A stretch of 64,000 bases of DNA from Squalus acanthias (Eukaryota): assembly GCA_030390025.1 (NCBI GenBank), contig JASTWF010000228.1, positions 496,001-560,000 on the forward strand, written 5' to 3'. Of the stretch, positions 34,878 through 48,560 are shown piece by piece. The notes under the pieces were generated by a model. It was not told where the DNA came from. It did no database searches and was given only the letters and a program-made list of their open reading frames with translations. The position numbers were made by a program, and so were the translations under genes. The first letter of the stretch is position 1, and the number at the start of each line of letters is the position of its first letter.

Positions 34878-35950
34878 TGGCTGGAGTCATACCTAGCACA
34901 AAGGAAGATGGTTGTGGTGGTTGAAGGTCAATCATCACAGCCCCAGTTCATCGCTGCAGGAGTTCCTCAGGGCAGTGTCCTAGGCTCAACCAGCTTCAGC
35001 TGCTTCATCAATGACCTTCCCTCCAACATAAGGTCAGAAATGGGGATGTTCGCTGATGACTGCACAGTGTTCAGCGCCATTCACAACTCCTCAGATAATG
35101 AAGCAGTCCATGCCCGCATGCAACAAGACCTGGACGACGTTCAGGCTTGGGCTGATAAGTGGCAGGTAACATTCACGCCACAGAAGTGCCAGGCAATGAC
35201 TATCTCCAACAAGCGAGAGTCCAACCACCTCCCCTTGACATTCAATGGCATTACCATCGCCGAATTCCCCACCATCAACATCCTGGGGTCACCATTGACC
35301 AGAAACTTAACTGGACCAGCCACATAAATACTGTGGCAACAAGAGCAGGTCAGAGGCTAGGTATTCTGCGGCGAGTGGCTCAGCTCCTGACTCCCCAAAG
35401 CCTTTCCACCATCTACAAGGCACAAGTAAGGAATGTGATGGAATACTCTCCACTTGCTTGGATGAGTGCAGCTCCAACAACACTGAAGAAGCTCGACACC
35501 ATCCAGGACAAAGCAGCCCGCTTGATTGGCACCCCATCCACCACCTTAAACATTCACTCCCTCCACCACCAGCGTACCGTGGCTGCAGTGTGTACCATCT
35601 ACAAGATGCACTGCAGCAACTCGCCAAGGCTTCTTCGGCAGCACCTCCCAAACCCGCGACCTCTCCCACCTAGAAGGACAAGGGCAGCAGGCGCATGGGA
35701 ACACCACCGCCTCCAAGTTCCCCTCCAAGTCACACACCATCCTGACTTAGAAGTATATCGCCGATCCTTCATCGTCGCTGGGTCAAAATCCTGGAACTCC
35801 CTCCCTAACAGCACTGTGGGAGTACCTTCACCACACGGACTGCAGCGGTTCAAGAAGGCGGCTCACCACCACCTTCTCAAGGGTAATTAGGGATGGGCAA
35901 TAAATGCTGGCCTTTCCAGCGAAGCCCACATCCCATAAAACGAATTAGAA
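34878..35950 (+). mobile_element. CR1-clade LINE 3' part (distinct family)
   Basis: AGVPQGSVLG, MFADDCTVF, YKAQVRNVMEYSPLAW and KSWNSLPNSTV...FKKAAHHHLLKGN*. Confidence 0.9.
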
Positions 35951-36093
35951 AAAGCTGACTGGGTCAGGTGCAATGCTGGTTTTGCACCCCGCCCAGTTTT
36001 ACTCTACATTGAAGTCAACAGAGAGTAATATAGGGTGGGTGTCAAACCAGCGTTCCACCCAATCTCACGGGATTCCCACCCAGCGAGTTACGT

Positions 36094-36706
36094 TCATAGA
36101 ATCATAGAATGGTTACAGCACGGAAGAAGGCTATTTGGCCCGTCGAGCCCATGCTGGCTCTCTGCAAGAGCACTTCAGCTAGTCCCACTCCCCCGCCCTT
36201 TCCCCATAGCCCTGCAATTTTTTTTCCTTCAGGTACTTATCCAACTCCCTTTTGAAAGCCGTGATTGAATCTGCCTCCACCATCTTTTCAGGCAGTGCAT
36301 TCCAGATCCTAACCACTCACTGAGTAAAAAAGTTTTTCCTCATGTCGCCTTTGGTACTTCTGCCAATCACCTTAAATCTGTGTCCTCTGGTTCTCGACCC
36401 TTCTGCCAATGGGAACAGTTTCTCTCTATCTACTCTGTCCAGACCCCTCATGATTTTGAACACCTCTATCAAATGTCCTCTCAATCTTCTCTGCTCTAAG
36501 GAGAACAACCACAGCTTCTTCAGTCTATCCACGTAACTGAAGTCCCTCATCCCTGGAATCATTCTTGTAAATCTTTTCTGTACCCTCTCCAAGGCCTTCA
36601 AATCTTTCCTAAAGTGCGGTGCCCAGAATTGGACACAATACTCCAGTTGAGGTCGAACCAGTGTTTTATACAGGTTCATCATAATTTCCACGCTTTTGTA
36701 CTCTAT
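36094..36706 (-). mobile_element. CR1 3' part
   Basis: LVRPQLEYCVQFWAPHFRKD...RRLRGHLIEVFK; (catagaat)n tail. Confidence 0.92.
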
Positions 36707-36905
36707 GGGCTCAATTTTCACCAGCCCGTGGAGGTGGGTTTGGAGGCGGGAGTGCTGTGAAAATAGCAGATTTGGGGATCCGAACCCATCCCGCCCCCAA
36801 CCCGCCTCCATGCCAGTTTCCCAGGAGGCGGGTACCCGACCTGTGCTGGGACCCGCCTCCCCGAGGCGGGAAGGGGATTAGTGCCAATAAACTGCCTGTT
36901 AACAG
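36707..36905. mobile_element. Terminal fragment of a Harbinger-like element
   Basis: Begins gggctcaattttcacca, similar to the TIR of the 25049 element; reverse-complement similar to 14820-14985. Confidence 0.65.
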
Positions 36906-37312
36906 AATGAGAGGGGATCTTATTGAAACATATAAGATTCTGAAGGGGCTTGACAGGATAGACACAGGGAGGATGTTTCCCCTCATGGGGGAATCTAGAA
37001 CTAGGGGGCATAATTTCAGAATAAGGGGGCACCCTTTTAAATCAGAAATGAGGAGGAATTTCTTCTCTCAGAGGGTCGTGAATCTTTGGAATTCTCTTCC
37101 CCAGAGAGCTGTGGAGGCTGGGGCATTGAATATATTTAAGGTGTAGATAGACAGATTTTTGAATGGTAAGGGAGTGAACGGTTATGGGGAGCAGGCAGGG
37201 AAGTGGAGTTGAGGTCAAGATCAGATCAGCCATGATCTTATTGAATGGCGGAGCAGGCTTGAGGGGCCAAATGACCTACTCCTGCTCCTACGTCTTATGT
37301 TCTTATGTCTTA
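36904..37312 (+). mobile_element. CR1 3' end
   Basis: RMRGDLIETYKILKG...FFSQRVVNLWNSLP; (ttatgttc)n tail. Confidence 0.9.
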
Positions 37313-37610
37313 TTTCTGTCAATCATGACAGGAGAATTATTCCAGAAACTGATTTGGAGACCTGATTAATGAGGTCAGATTTGGAGATATTTAGGTAAGT
37401 TTTTAGGAACTTACAGGAACATGTGTTAATTGTAAATTAAGGAAAGTAACCTTTCTTGCCCCTCTCTAGTCTGCACTAGGATTTAATGAGTTACAAAAAT
37501 AATTAATAAGCATTGGTATTGGATTGGGAGTGCATGTTGCAGAGATTTGCCGTGTATGACTAACTTTAGGAAATATTTTTAATTAACTCACACAGGCCCT
37601 TAAACACTTA

Positions 37611-38335
37611 GGGTGGAATTTCCTGTGTATTTTTATCCAGAGACACACATAACTGGGGCGTAGAGCAAATACCCAGCATAAAAGATCGAGGAAACTTGGG
37701 CTCAAGTGAGTTGCACATGTCATTATACTACAACAACATTTCCTTGTTCTTTTATACCCATCTATTGACCCCTGTGCCTGAACGCATCTCAACTCATTAT
37801 AATGGCTCCAACCTCAGGCTGAAGAGCCATACACACGAGTTTCCAGCAACTCAATTGGTTTAGAACCGCTTTAAAATTACGTTCAGAATTTTAGGCCCAG
37901 CAGGAAACAAAATCATATTTCTGGTGTTTTATGGTGATTGCTTTTTAATTTATTCTCATTGAGTCCTGCAATGTGTTTTCTGTTTCTTTGAATGTATTTT
38001 TATGGCATCAATATGAGTGATATTAAAAATCGGAAAGCTTCCATGATTGCATTAAAAAAAAATAATGCGCCTAATGTGCATGAATGATGGTTAGATGGCT
38101 TTAAATTTTAATTTTCATTCTTAAAGAAGGAAGATATGGTGTAAGTTCATCTTTTCCTCAGGCCCCAATTGTTTATGCTGATTTCTGCTCATTTACGGCA
38201 TTTTTTCCTTCAGGCATATGCTAATGAGACTGGCAGGAAATTTAGGCATAAATTGACATCTGCAAAATGAGGACGCAAATGTACGTAATTTCGGGTGTAA
38301 CTTCCTGATTACGTCCCCAAAGGAAATTCCACCCC
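37611..38335. mobile_element. About 725-bp Harbinger-type MITE
   Basis: 14-bp TIR gggtggaatttcct / aggaaattccaccc, with TTA on both flanks. Confidence 0.8.
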
Positions 38336-38752
38336 TTATTATTCAATTCCATTTAATATATTTGAGGCCATGTTTTAATGGGTGGGCGATTCCTGTGAGG
38401 AAAAAATGATTGAAAAATCCATGCTGTTGCGCATAATAGTACATTTCTAAAGATATAGAAATTGCAGGATTCAAGATAAATTGGGCAGGAATTTCCTGGA
38501 ATCTTGTATTGTTGGAGTGGTGTATCTACGCTTTTGAGTCTGTTTTCCAGAGCACACATCTGAGGAAATTATGGTGTAAGTAAGTTACGCTGTTATTCAC
38601 ACTACGCCATTATTTCCTGGGACAATAGCACCTCTCAGCCGAAACTCTCGCCGAAACCGTGAAAAGTCGATTATCATAGCTCCACCCACAATTCAAGAAA
38701 ATGGCGAACATAAATTTTCTGAATTTATGTTAGTTTTCTCTCCACATCGACA

Positions 38753-39150
38753 AAGCAAGAAAGAAAGAACTTGCATTTATGTAGCGCCTTTCACAACCTC
38801 AGGATATCTCAAAGCGCTTTACAGCCAATGAAGTACTTTTGAAGTGTCGTCACTGTTATAATGTGGGAAATGCAGCAACCAATTTGCACACAGCAAGCTC
38901 CCACAAACAGCAATGTGATAATGACCAGATAATCTGTTTTAGTGATGTTGGTTGAGGAATAAATATTGGCCAAGACACCGGGGCTTCTTCGAAATAGTGC
39001 CACGGGATCTTTTACGTCCACCTGAGAGGGCAGACGGGGCCTCAGTTTAACGTCTCATCCGAGAGATGGCACATAACAGTGCAACACTCCTTCAGTACTG
39101 CACTAGAATGTCTGCCGAGATTATGTCCTCAAGTCTCTCGAGTGGGACTT
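38753..39150 (-). mobile_element. Deu-domain SINE (SacSINE/AmnSINE-like) with L2-type tail
   Basis: Reverse complement contains ggatgagacgttaaactgaggccccgtctgccctctcaggtggacgtaaaagatccc and ends ggcgctacataaatgcaagttctttcttt. Confidence 0.85.
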
Positions 39151-39414
39151 GTGTGGGACTGAAAAATCCTGGTGCAAATGAGCCTTGATTAGCTGGTGGT
39201 GACATGATTGAAGGCTGTCAGCCTGGGAGGACCATTGATGCTTTGGAGCTTCATCTCTGCAGCCTGGAATTGATCTCTCAGATTTTTCTTCTGCTTCTCT
39301 GTTACTGAGATCTTCAGTTTTGCCAGTTCTGCCATCCAGCATCCTGTGAGTGTCTGAAGGTAATAATTTTAGGGCCCCACCTCTCTCAAGGCATAAGAAT
39401 GTGAAAGGATTGCA

Positions 39415-40690
39415 ATGGCCTTTCCACGGGGCATCCCCCTATTCTGCATTACCATTGACGAGGAAGAGCAGAGGGAAGAGGCACAGGGCATGCGGCACCA
39501 TGGCCAGAGACTGCAACAAACTTGCTACTAACCTTTCAGAGTGTACAGGAAATAAATGTCATATCGGCAGCTGTCGGAGGAGCTGTGCATGCACAAGTTG
39601 CGTTCCAACAACAACGACTTGCATTTATATAGCGCCTTTAATGTAGTAAAATGTCCCAAGGCGCTTCACAGGAGCATTATCAGATAGAATTTTGACACTG
39701 AGCCACATAAGGAGATATTAGGACAGATGACCAAATGCTTGGTCAAAGAGGTAGGTTTTTAGGAGCGTCTTAAAGGAGGAGAGCGAGGTAGAGAGGTTTA
39801 GAGAGGGAATTCCAGAGCTTAGGGCCCAGGCAGCTGCATGTACAGCCACCAATGGTAGAGTGATTAAAATCGGGCATGCGGACGAGGCCAGAATTAGAGG
39901 AGTGCAGAGATCTCGGAGGGTTGTACGGCTGGAGGATGTTACAGAGATAGGGAGGGGTGAGGCCATGGAGGGAATGAAAACAAGGATGAGAATTTTAATA
40001 TTGAGATGTTGCCGGATCGGGAGCCTATGTAGATCAGCGAGCACAGGGGTGATGGGCGAACGGGGCTCGGTGCAAGTTTGGATACAGGCAGCAGAGTTTT
40101 GGATGAGCTCAAGTTTATGGAGGTTGGAAGATGGGAGGCCAGCCATGAGAGCATTGGAATAGTCAAGTTTAGAGGTAACAAAGGCATGGATGAGGGTTTC
40201 ATCAGCAGATGAGCTGAGACCTCAAGACATCCCAAAGCACCCCAAAGTAGCAATTGGGCACCTGTGTGAAATGCTGCAGGAAGACCTGAAGCCACCGTCT
40301 ACTTCCTGCAAGGCCTTGTCAGTTGAAATGAAGTTGACCTTTGCCCTCCATTTCCATGGCTCCGGTTTCTTGCAGTCATCCATTGGAGATCTCTGCCGAA
40401 TCAGCTGGAGGGCTGTGAGGACCTGCATTCGACAGGTGCCCTCTTTTGCAGGGCATCAGACTTCAGAAAATACAGCATGTGCCCTGCGGAACAAAGAGAC
40501 GGGGCTATCAGCTTCCACGTGGTTCCCCTAGTTGCAGGGGGCTATTGATGGTACTCATGTGGCATTGAGGGCTCCACTCAAGGACTCTGTCACAGTTATC
40601 AATAGGAAGGCGTTTCACTCGTTAAATGTGCAAATTGTCTGTGATGCCCAACAAAGGATATTGCTGTGCACTGCACAATTTTGCAATTCT
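39415..40690 (+). pseudogene. Harbinger (HARBI1-like DDE) transposase pseudogene, split by L2
   Basis: RVYRK*MSYRQLSEELCMHKLR | LSVEMKLTFALHFHGSGFLQSSIGDLCRIS, and QGAIDGTHVALRAP...INRKAFHSLNVQIVCD. Confidence 0.85.
39606..40218 (-). mobile_element. L2 LINE 3' part
   Basis: LAGLPSSNLHKLELIQNSAA...ITPVLADLHRLP; ggcgctatataaatgcaag tail. Confidence 0.9.
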
Positions 40691-43594
40691 GCCCAGGGGG
40701 CTGCAAACTCAAGGAATGACAGGCAAGGTAACGTAACAAAAAATAGAACTTTTATTCAGTACAAAATTGCAAATGCGAACATCAATGAAAATTGAGTTAA
40801 AAAAACAGCTTTATTAAACTTTTATCCAACAAATATCATAAAAACTCTTACTCTGCAAGCTTTTACAGTGATAGGTGAAGGTTTTCGGGGCCCACCATTG
40901 GCTGCTCCACTCCTGAGGTCCGTGATTCGCCATTATGCTCTGCGACGTATTGAAATTACTTTCCCAGGAAATTTTGGAGCAAGTTTGCAATGGGAAAGTC
41001 GGTGTGCAAAACAGCATAAGTTATGGCGTACGTCGCCAATCGCCCCATTCCAGGAAATTCTGCACCATTGAAAATACATAACATATTTCAGTCATATTTC
41101 AAAATATAAATTTTGATGTTATGTATAATTTTATTCTGCAATATTGTACTGGGTCCATGCTGAGAGCCCCTCTATTTTTCTAATTTTAATACTGCCCAAA
41201 ATTCAACCATGGACAATGTTCTATATTAGTGTATGCTTCTGTGACTATTAATTTCCCTTAAGATATCCACAGTATGTTCTTTTATACAGACAGTTGCAAC
41301 CAATGAATCCCACTTGGTACTTCCAGCCGAAGTTTAATTCAGAATATCAAAATGATTCAATGCTACCATTGCTAATCATATTAAACCCAATTAAATCTGC
41401 AATTTTATCATCATCTCCCTTTCTATGAAGTAAAGATGAAACACAACAGTCAATGAGGGTGATACTTCCAGTCTGGAGAAATACTGCTTTACAACAACAG
41501 CAAAGCAATTGGAGACACCAAAAACCAGACCAGACCCAGTTACTGTTATTGATGGGGGCTCCCAAAAGCTCTCGAGTCATATTGAATGGAAACGCTCTTA
41601 GTCCAGAGAATTGTCCAGGGTCATAGAACAGAAATAAACTTGGAATCTCAGAAATGTCAGGGGTTGATGAGTAGAAAGGACAGCGCTGAATGTAATAATG
41701 ATCCTGAGGCAGATAGAAGGTGTGTCAACACATGGGGCCACAAAGTCAGCAGGGAGTCCGTTGCTATCAAAAATGTCATGACATAAATAAGCAGGTGAAA
41801 CCACAGCTGACAAGGGCAGTGGAGAGAATGTTCTTAGGCTATGGATAACCTAAAAATAATTATCCTTAATGGGCTATGAGTGCCCTTTCAGTGTAACCTC
41901 AGGTATCTCCTTGATATCTTTGTAGGTCGGGATACTTTCTGGGGTCTATATCAAAACAAATATGTAAGTGTCACTCTTCATGATCAAAGTGATTGAAACT
42001 ACACTGGCTAGTCATTTTTCAATGTGTGGGCATGTCTGACAGATTGCTATGATTAATGAGGAGTAAGTCATATGTGGGTAGTGGACAACTATTTTTTTAA
42101 CTGTTACTTTTTCACATTTTGTGCCTAATGTTTTTCCTTGTGCGATAGTTCTGTGTTCAATAGAAAGCAGGGACGGAGCTTTGGGGAGTAAAATAGTATA
42201 TAATAACACAACAAATTATAAAGTATCAATCCTTTGTCCAATTATAAGGTGTTTTAACTCAGCAAAATAAATACGTACATGGATTTTGTGAAGGCGGTGC
42301 TTAGAGTTGTTAGATGTAACCTAAAGGAGAATACAAAGACACATTGAGTATTGTTTGAGGAGTTAAGCGCACGTTTTTTAATTGTTTCTCCAAGGATTTC
42401 GGCAACCTTACAGCGGGAGATCGGCAGAAACCTCCGCAGAGATTCCAGGCGCATAGGTTTTGGGGTTCAGTATAGTTGGGTGGCGTGCTTCAGGGTCAGT
42501 TGAGTCAGGGATATTTCAAGAATCCTGCCTGTGTAAGGAGGTCAGCAGTTCAGGCGGCCACAGATAAAATGACAAAACTCAAGATACCCTTTTGAAAGTT
42601 ACTATTGAATCTGACTCAAGACCCAGGCCTGTACCTATTGGCCTACCCACTGGAAAACGAGCCCCCATCGAAACGTGTACACTAATGTGACTGTCACTGC
42701 TAGCTGTATTCCCCCCTCATTCCCCCCTATACTAAGATACAAACTCCCCCGCCCCCCTCCCCGCCTTACATCAAACATATGAGTGAAACATGTGTGAAAC
42801 ATGTTGGTTAGAACAGACAATTTACCGACTCCATTTGGGAACATTGGGCAATCTGGAGACCTTGCCTCGAGACTCAGGCCCTGAAACCTGCAGGATGGTG
42901 CATGTTGCTTTAAGTGGCTAATGCTCATCATCAAAGTTTGTGCAGTCAGGGGGAGGGCACATTATTTGCCTGGTTCCAGCAGGCCAGGCATGGATCTCGG
43001 ACACCCTACCTCACAAAGAGGCTGGAAGGTCTAGCAAAGAATCCTGGGCTGGAGGGAGGTGGGGGGGGGGAACCAGTGTCAGATACCATCAGAAGAAGAA
43101 TTTAGGTGCCCACCCATCGCTTCCCTACAAAGGGATTTGAAATTATTTAAAAACATTTTTTTTTTCATCTTTTGGTCCTGGACCTTATTTACATTGGTGG
43201 GTCAGCAAGCTCACCAGACATTCCAACGCTGAACATACACTAGTTCCCCAAGTAGGCCCGGCGCTGCTCCCTTCGCTGACGATGACCGTGTTTGGGGCAG
43301 GCGGTAGCTCCGCCCCCAACAGGCTATTTAGCAAACTTGAGTACTGGGTCAGGACACAGAATATCTGGGACCCAGCTTAGTCCTTAGCTGTGTATTTTCT
43401 ACCCCATATTTTATCCAGACATCCCCACCCATAGACCTGAACTGCACCAAAGAAAGATAAGAATGGTTAGCTTGGAATGTGGTCACAACCTATCAAGTAT
43501 TCCGTTCTGGGTAGAGAAAACTTAGCAGGGCAGATTTTTTAACAGATAAATCAATCTAAAATTTTTATTTGACAAGTAAGCCTTTAAAATATTA

Positions 43595-44392
43595 GGGGGC
43601 GAAATTTGCCTCCTTTGCGCCCGCCATTAGCGCCCCAGGCACTAAAGGCTTATTGCCCGAGCGGGGGTACTAATAGTGCCTGCCGAGAAATTCGGCGGGG
43701 TGCTACTGAGGCACTAGCTGATAGCGCCGCGCCCCCAATGGTAGTGCCCCGGGCTACTGCGCCACTGGCAATGACGTCATCGGCGTGTGAGACACCCCAT
43801 GGGTGCCGCATTGCGGTCCCTTAGCGCCCCGCGGCAGAAATTCGGCTGCGCCCCGTGAGTCTGCTGCGGCGATGTCAGCGACAGCCTCGCAGGTCGTGAA
43901 TCAGGCTGCACACCGCTGGTGGGGAGGTAATTAAAGGGGCGGTCCGGCGGCGGACCCATTTTATTATTTTGGCTGACCTCCAGGTCGGCCCCATTGGCAG
44001 CCCTTGACATGGTCCGTGGCCGCCATCGCGCCGTCCAGCACCGTGTCTCGGTGCCGGGCTGCGGCCACAGCACCATGCTGATCTGGTAGGCTAGTGGAGG
44101 CCATCAAATGGCCTGCAGAGCTCGCAGTGTCCCTCCCCTTTAACGGAAGGGGAGGGGCGGTGAAACGCGTCAGTGCTACACGGAGCAGCCGCATAGCGCG
44201 CTGGCGCTACCGTGCTTTGCGCCCCAGACACCGCCTCGAGGGGAAGTGGAGTGCCCGAGATAGCGCTCCACTTCCTCGCCCGGACAGTAAGCCCAATTTA
44301 GCGGCTGGGGCGGTACTCCCGCGACGGGCGCTAAATGTCTGCCGCTATTTCGGTTACCACCCCGAAATGGGGCGTAACCGAATTTCGCCCCC
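43595..44392. mobile_element. 798-bp GC/CpG-rich Harbinger-type MITE
   Basis: Perfect 12-bp TIR gggggcgaaatt / aatttcgccccc; TSD TTA. Confidence 0.88.
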
Positions 44393-44395
44393 TTA

Positions 44396-44695
44396 GATTC
44401 TTAAACTTCAGTTATGTGGAGAGACTAGAGAAGCTGATATTGTTCTCCTTAGAGCGAAGTATGTTAAGGGGAGATTTAGTAGAGTTGTTCAAAATTATAA
44501 GGGGTATTACTAGAGTAAGAAAGGATAAACTGTTTCCATTGACAGGAGGACATAAATTTAAGATAATTGGCAAAAGAACCAGAGGGATATGAGAAAACAT
44601 TTTTTATGCAGCGAGTTGTTATGATCTGGAATGTACTGCCTGAAAGGGTGATGGATGCAGATTCAATAGTAACTTTCAAAAGGGAATTGGATATT
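44396..44695 (+). mobile_element. CR1 fragment
   Basis: FSYVERLEKL...LRGDLVELFK. Confidence 0.82.
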
Positions 44696-44699
44696 TTTT

Positions 44700-45389
44700 T
44701 TATTTGTTGCTGGGATGTGGGCTTCGCTGGCAAGTCCAGCATTTATTGCCCATCCCTAGTTGCCCTTGAGAATGTGGTGGTGAGCCGCTTTCTTGAACCG
44801 CTGCAGTCTGTGTGGTGAAGGTACTCCCATAGCGCTGTTAGGGGGGGAGTTCCAGGATTTTGACCCAGCGACGATGAAGGAACGGCGATATTCTTCCAAG
44901 TCAGGATGGTGTGTAACTTGGAGGGGAACTTGCAGGTGGTGGTGTTCCCATGCACGTGCTGCCCTTGTCCTTCTAGGTGGTAGATGTCGTGGGTTTGGGA
45001 GGTGCTGCCAAAGAAGCCTTGGCGAGTTGCTGCAGTGCATCTTGTAGATGCAGCCACAGTGCGCCGGTGGTGGAGGGAGTGAATGTTGAAGGTGGTGGAT
45101 GGGGTGCCAATCAAGCTGGCTGCTTTGTCCTGGATGGTGTCGAGCTTCTTCAGTGTTGTTGGAGCTGCACTCATCCAGGCAAATGGAGAGTATTCCATCA
45201 CACTCCTGACTTGTAGATGGTGGAAGGGCTTTGGTGAATCAGGAGGTGAGACACTCGCTGAAGAATACCCAGCTTCTGACCTGCACTTGTAGCCACAGTA
45301 TTTATGTGGCTGGTCCAGTTAAGTTTCTGGTCAATGGTGACCCCCAGGATATTGATGGTGGGGGATTCGGCGATGGTAATGCCATTGAA
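44700..45389 (-). mobile_element. CR1 (same family as 34878-35950) 3' part
   Basis: MEYSPFAWMSAAPTTLKKLDTIQDKAA and FKKAAHHHILKGN. A further remnant lies at about 47358-47420. Confidence 0.88.
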
Positions 45390-47357
45390 CATAAGAACAT
45401 AAGAAATAGGAGCAAGAGTAGGCCATTTGGCCCCTCAAGCCTGCTCCGCCATTCAATAAGATCACGGCTGATCTTCTACCTCAACTCCACTTTCCTGCAC
45501 TATCCCCATATCCCTTGATTCCCTTAATATCCAAAAATCTATCGATCTCTCCTTGTATATACTCAACGACTGAGCATCTACAGCCCTCTGGGGTAGAGAA
45601 TTCCAAAGATTCACCACCCTCTGTGTGAAGAAATTTCTCCTCATTTCAGTCCTAAATGGCCGACCCCTTATTCTGAGACTTTGACCCCTGGTTCTAGACT
45701 CTCCAGCCAGGGGAAACATCCTCCCTGCATCTACCCTGTCAAGCCCTGTAAGAATTTTGTATGTTTCAATGAGATCACATCTCATTCTTCTAAACTCTAG
45801 AGAATATAGGCCTAGTCTACTTAATCTCTCCTCATAGGACAATCCCCCCATACCAGGAATCAGTCTGGTTAACTTTCATTGCACTCCTCTATGGCAAGTA
45901 TATCCTTCCTTAGGTAAGGAGACCAAAACTGTACACAATACTCCAGGTGTGGTCTCATCAAGGCCCTATATAATTGCAGTAAGACGTCTTTACTCTTATA
46001 CTCAAATCCTCTTGTAATAAAGGCCAACATACCATTTGCTTTCCTAACTGCTTGCTGTACCTGCATGTTAACTTTCAGCGATTCGTGTACAAGGACACCC
46101 AGGTCCCTCTGAACACCAACCTTTCCCAGTCTCTCACCATTTAAAAAATACTCTGCTTTTCTATTTTTCCTACCAAAGTGGATAACTTCACATTTCTCCA
46201 TATTATATTCCATTTGCCAAGTTCTTGCCCACTCGCTTAACCTGTCTATATCCCCTTGTAGCCTCTTTGCATCCTCCTCCCAAGTTACATTCCCACCTAG
46301 CTTTGTATCATCAGCAAACCTGGATATATTACATTTGGTCCCCTCATCCAAATCATTGATATAGATTGTAAATAGCTGAGGCCCAAGCACTGATCCTTGT
46401 GTTTCCCCACTAGTTATAGCCTGCCAACCCGAAAATGACCCGTTTATTCCTACTCTCTATTTTCTGTCTGTTAACCAATCCTTAATCCATGCTAGTATAT
46501 AACCCCCAATCCCATGAGCCCTAATTTTGTTTAATAACCTCTTGTGTGGCACTTTATCGAATGCCTTCTGAAAATCCAAATACACTACATCCACTGGTTC
46601 CCCCTTATCTATCCTGCTAGTTACAACCTCAAAAAACTCTAATAGAATTCATAAATCCATGTTGACTCTGCCCAATCCTATTATTATTTTCTAAGTGCCC
46701 TGTTACCACGTCCTTAATAATAGATTCTAGCATTTTCCCTACTCCTGATGTCAGGCTAACTGGTCTATATTTCCCTGTTTTCTCTCTCCCTCCTTTCTTA
46801 AATAGTGGGGTTACATTTGCTACCTTCAATCCGCGGGAACCATTCCAGAATCTATGGAATTTTGGACGATAACAACCAATGCATCCACTATCTCTATAGC
46901 CACCTCTTTTAAAACCCTAGGATGTAGGCCATCAGGCCCAGAGGATTTATCGCTTTCAGTCACATTAATTTCTCCAGTACTATTTCCTTACTAATACTAA
47001 ATTCTTTGAATTCCTCATTCTCACTAGACCCTTGGTTCTCCACTACTTCCGGAATGTGTTTTGCATCTTCTTCTGTGAAGACAGACACAAAGTATTTGTT
47101 TAATTTCTCTGTCAGTTCCTTATACCCCGTTATAATTTCTCCTGTCTTAGCCTGTAAGGGACCCACGTTTACTTTCACTAATGTTTTCCTTCTTACATAC
47201 CTATAGGAGCTTTTACAATCTGTTTTTATGTCTCTCGCTAGTTTACTCTCATACTTTATTTTCTGTTTCTTTATTAATTTCTTGGTCCTCCTTTGCTGAA
47301 TTCTAAAATGCTCCCAATCTTCAGGCTTACTACGCTTTTTGGCAACATTATAGGCCT
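45390..47357 (-). mobile_element. CR1, about 2-kb 3' part with RT pseudogene
   Basis: KVANVTPLFKKG...YRPVSLTS, LGPQLFTIYINDLDEG...RFADDTKLGG; (ttatgttc)n tail. Confidence 0.93.
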
Positions 47358-47550
47358 ACTTGAAGCAGCTGAAGATAGTTGGGCCGAGGATACTGCCCTG
47401 AGGAACTCCTGCAGTGATGCACTTGAACAGAAAAAAATTGCATGGCTATGAGGAAAGAGCAGGGGAGTGGGACTAATTGGATAGCTCTTTCAAAGAGGTG
47501 GCACAGGTACAATGGGCCGAATGGCCTTCTTCCGTGCTGTAAGAGTCTAT

Positions 47551-48560
47551 GGAGGAAAAATTTGTGGCATCCACGAGAGTTGCCGGTAACTGCCGCTGAA
47601 AATGGATGCAGAGCTGCCCAAGAAAGATTTGCGCTAGGAGCTAAAGATTTTTAGCCCAGCGGTAACTTACGGTGTAACGCCCTCCTGGTGGCGTTACTGC
47701 AGGTTTGGAAGTTGAAGTTCTCATCCTGAAGTGGCATTCCAGCTTCTAACAGCCTCTGGGAGTGAGGCTGTGGAGTTCGCAAGGAATTGTGGGCAATTAA
47801 AAGGACTATGATTTAAAGGGGCAATGCGTTCAGAACTAAAAAAAATTAAAATGAAGTGAAAAAATGCAGTTTTCAGCCCTTACTGCCTTTCAAAAAAAAA
47901 TTAACATTGAAAAGAATTCCCAAATGGGAGTCATCTACTTTCTCCTCTTCTGCTTCCTCATCTTCTGTTTCTTCCTCTTCTGCATCTTCCTATTCCCTCT
48001 GCGAGCAGATGCTGCAAATCTGAAATGACTGTATAAAATTAACTCTGTTTCGCTCTCCATGGATGTGGCCTGACCTGCTGAGTATTTGCAGCATTTTCTG
48101 TCTTCTCAGAGGCATTCCTTTACCATCCGAGGCTTTGCAAGCATCCAGCACCACTCCTTACACACTTAAAACATTTTTAACATCTATTGCAACAAGCCAC
48201 TAATTCAGTAAAATAAAAAAAAACAGTCCAAAAGCTTAAATGCAAACTTACCTGAAAGGTGCTGACAGCGCCTCTGTGAGTCTGCTTGCTCACTGGGTTT
48301 ACCTCAGGTGCTTAGGACCGAGCGCAGAACTCAGCGCTAGGGTCGATGTTCGCCCTGGTGATGTTAAGTTGGCGTTGCATGTTGACTGACGTCACCGCTC
48401 CGTCATTTTTCTTTGCGTGGTGATACTTCTTAACGGTAGCGCTACCGGGCTTAGGAAAATGGAGGATGCCGCAGGACCTGCCACCAGCTGGCGAAAGAGC
48501 GTCGGCCGCCATCTTTTCATCGGTAATGGGTGGCGTTAAGCCCCCTGAATTTTTAGCCCT
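47551..48560. mobile_element. Degenerate MITE-like element containing a PLE remnant (48005-48102)
   Basis: Ends ...gaatttttagccc; internal aactctgtttcgctctccatggatgtggcctgacctgctgag matches the PLE pLTR. Confidence 0.45.

Larger units (their letters stand above)
38483..41066. mobile_element. Old PIF/Harbinger element with a decayed transposase and nested SINE and L2
   Basis: TIRs gggcaggaatttcctggaat / attccaggaaattctgcacc, TSD ATT. Confidence 0.75.

Noticed and set aside
40190-40795. Host HARBI1 gene
   Set aside because: It has stops, frameshifts, a deletion and an L2 insertion, and lies within TIRs.
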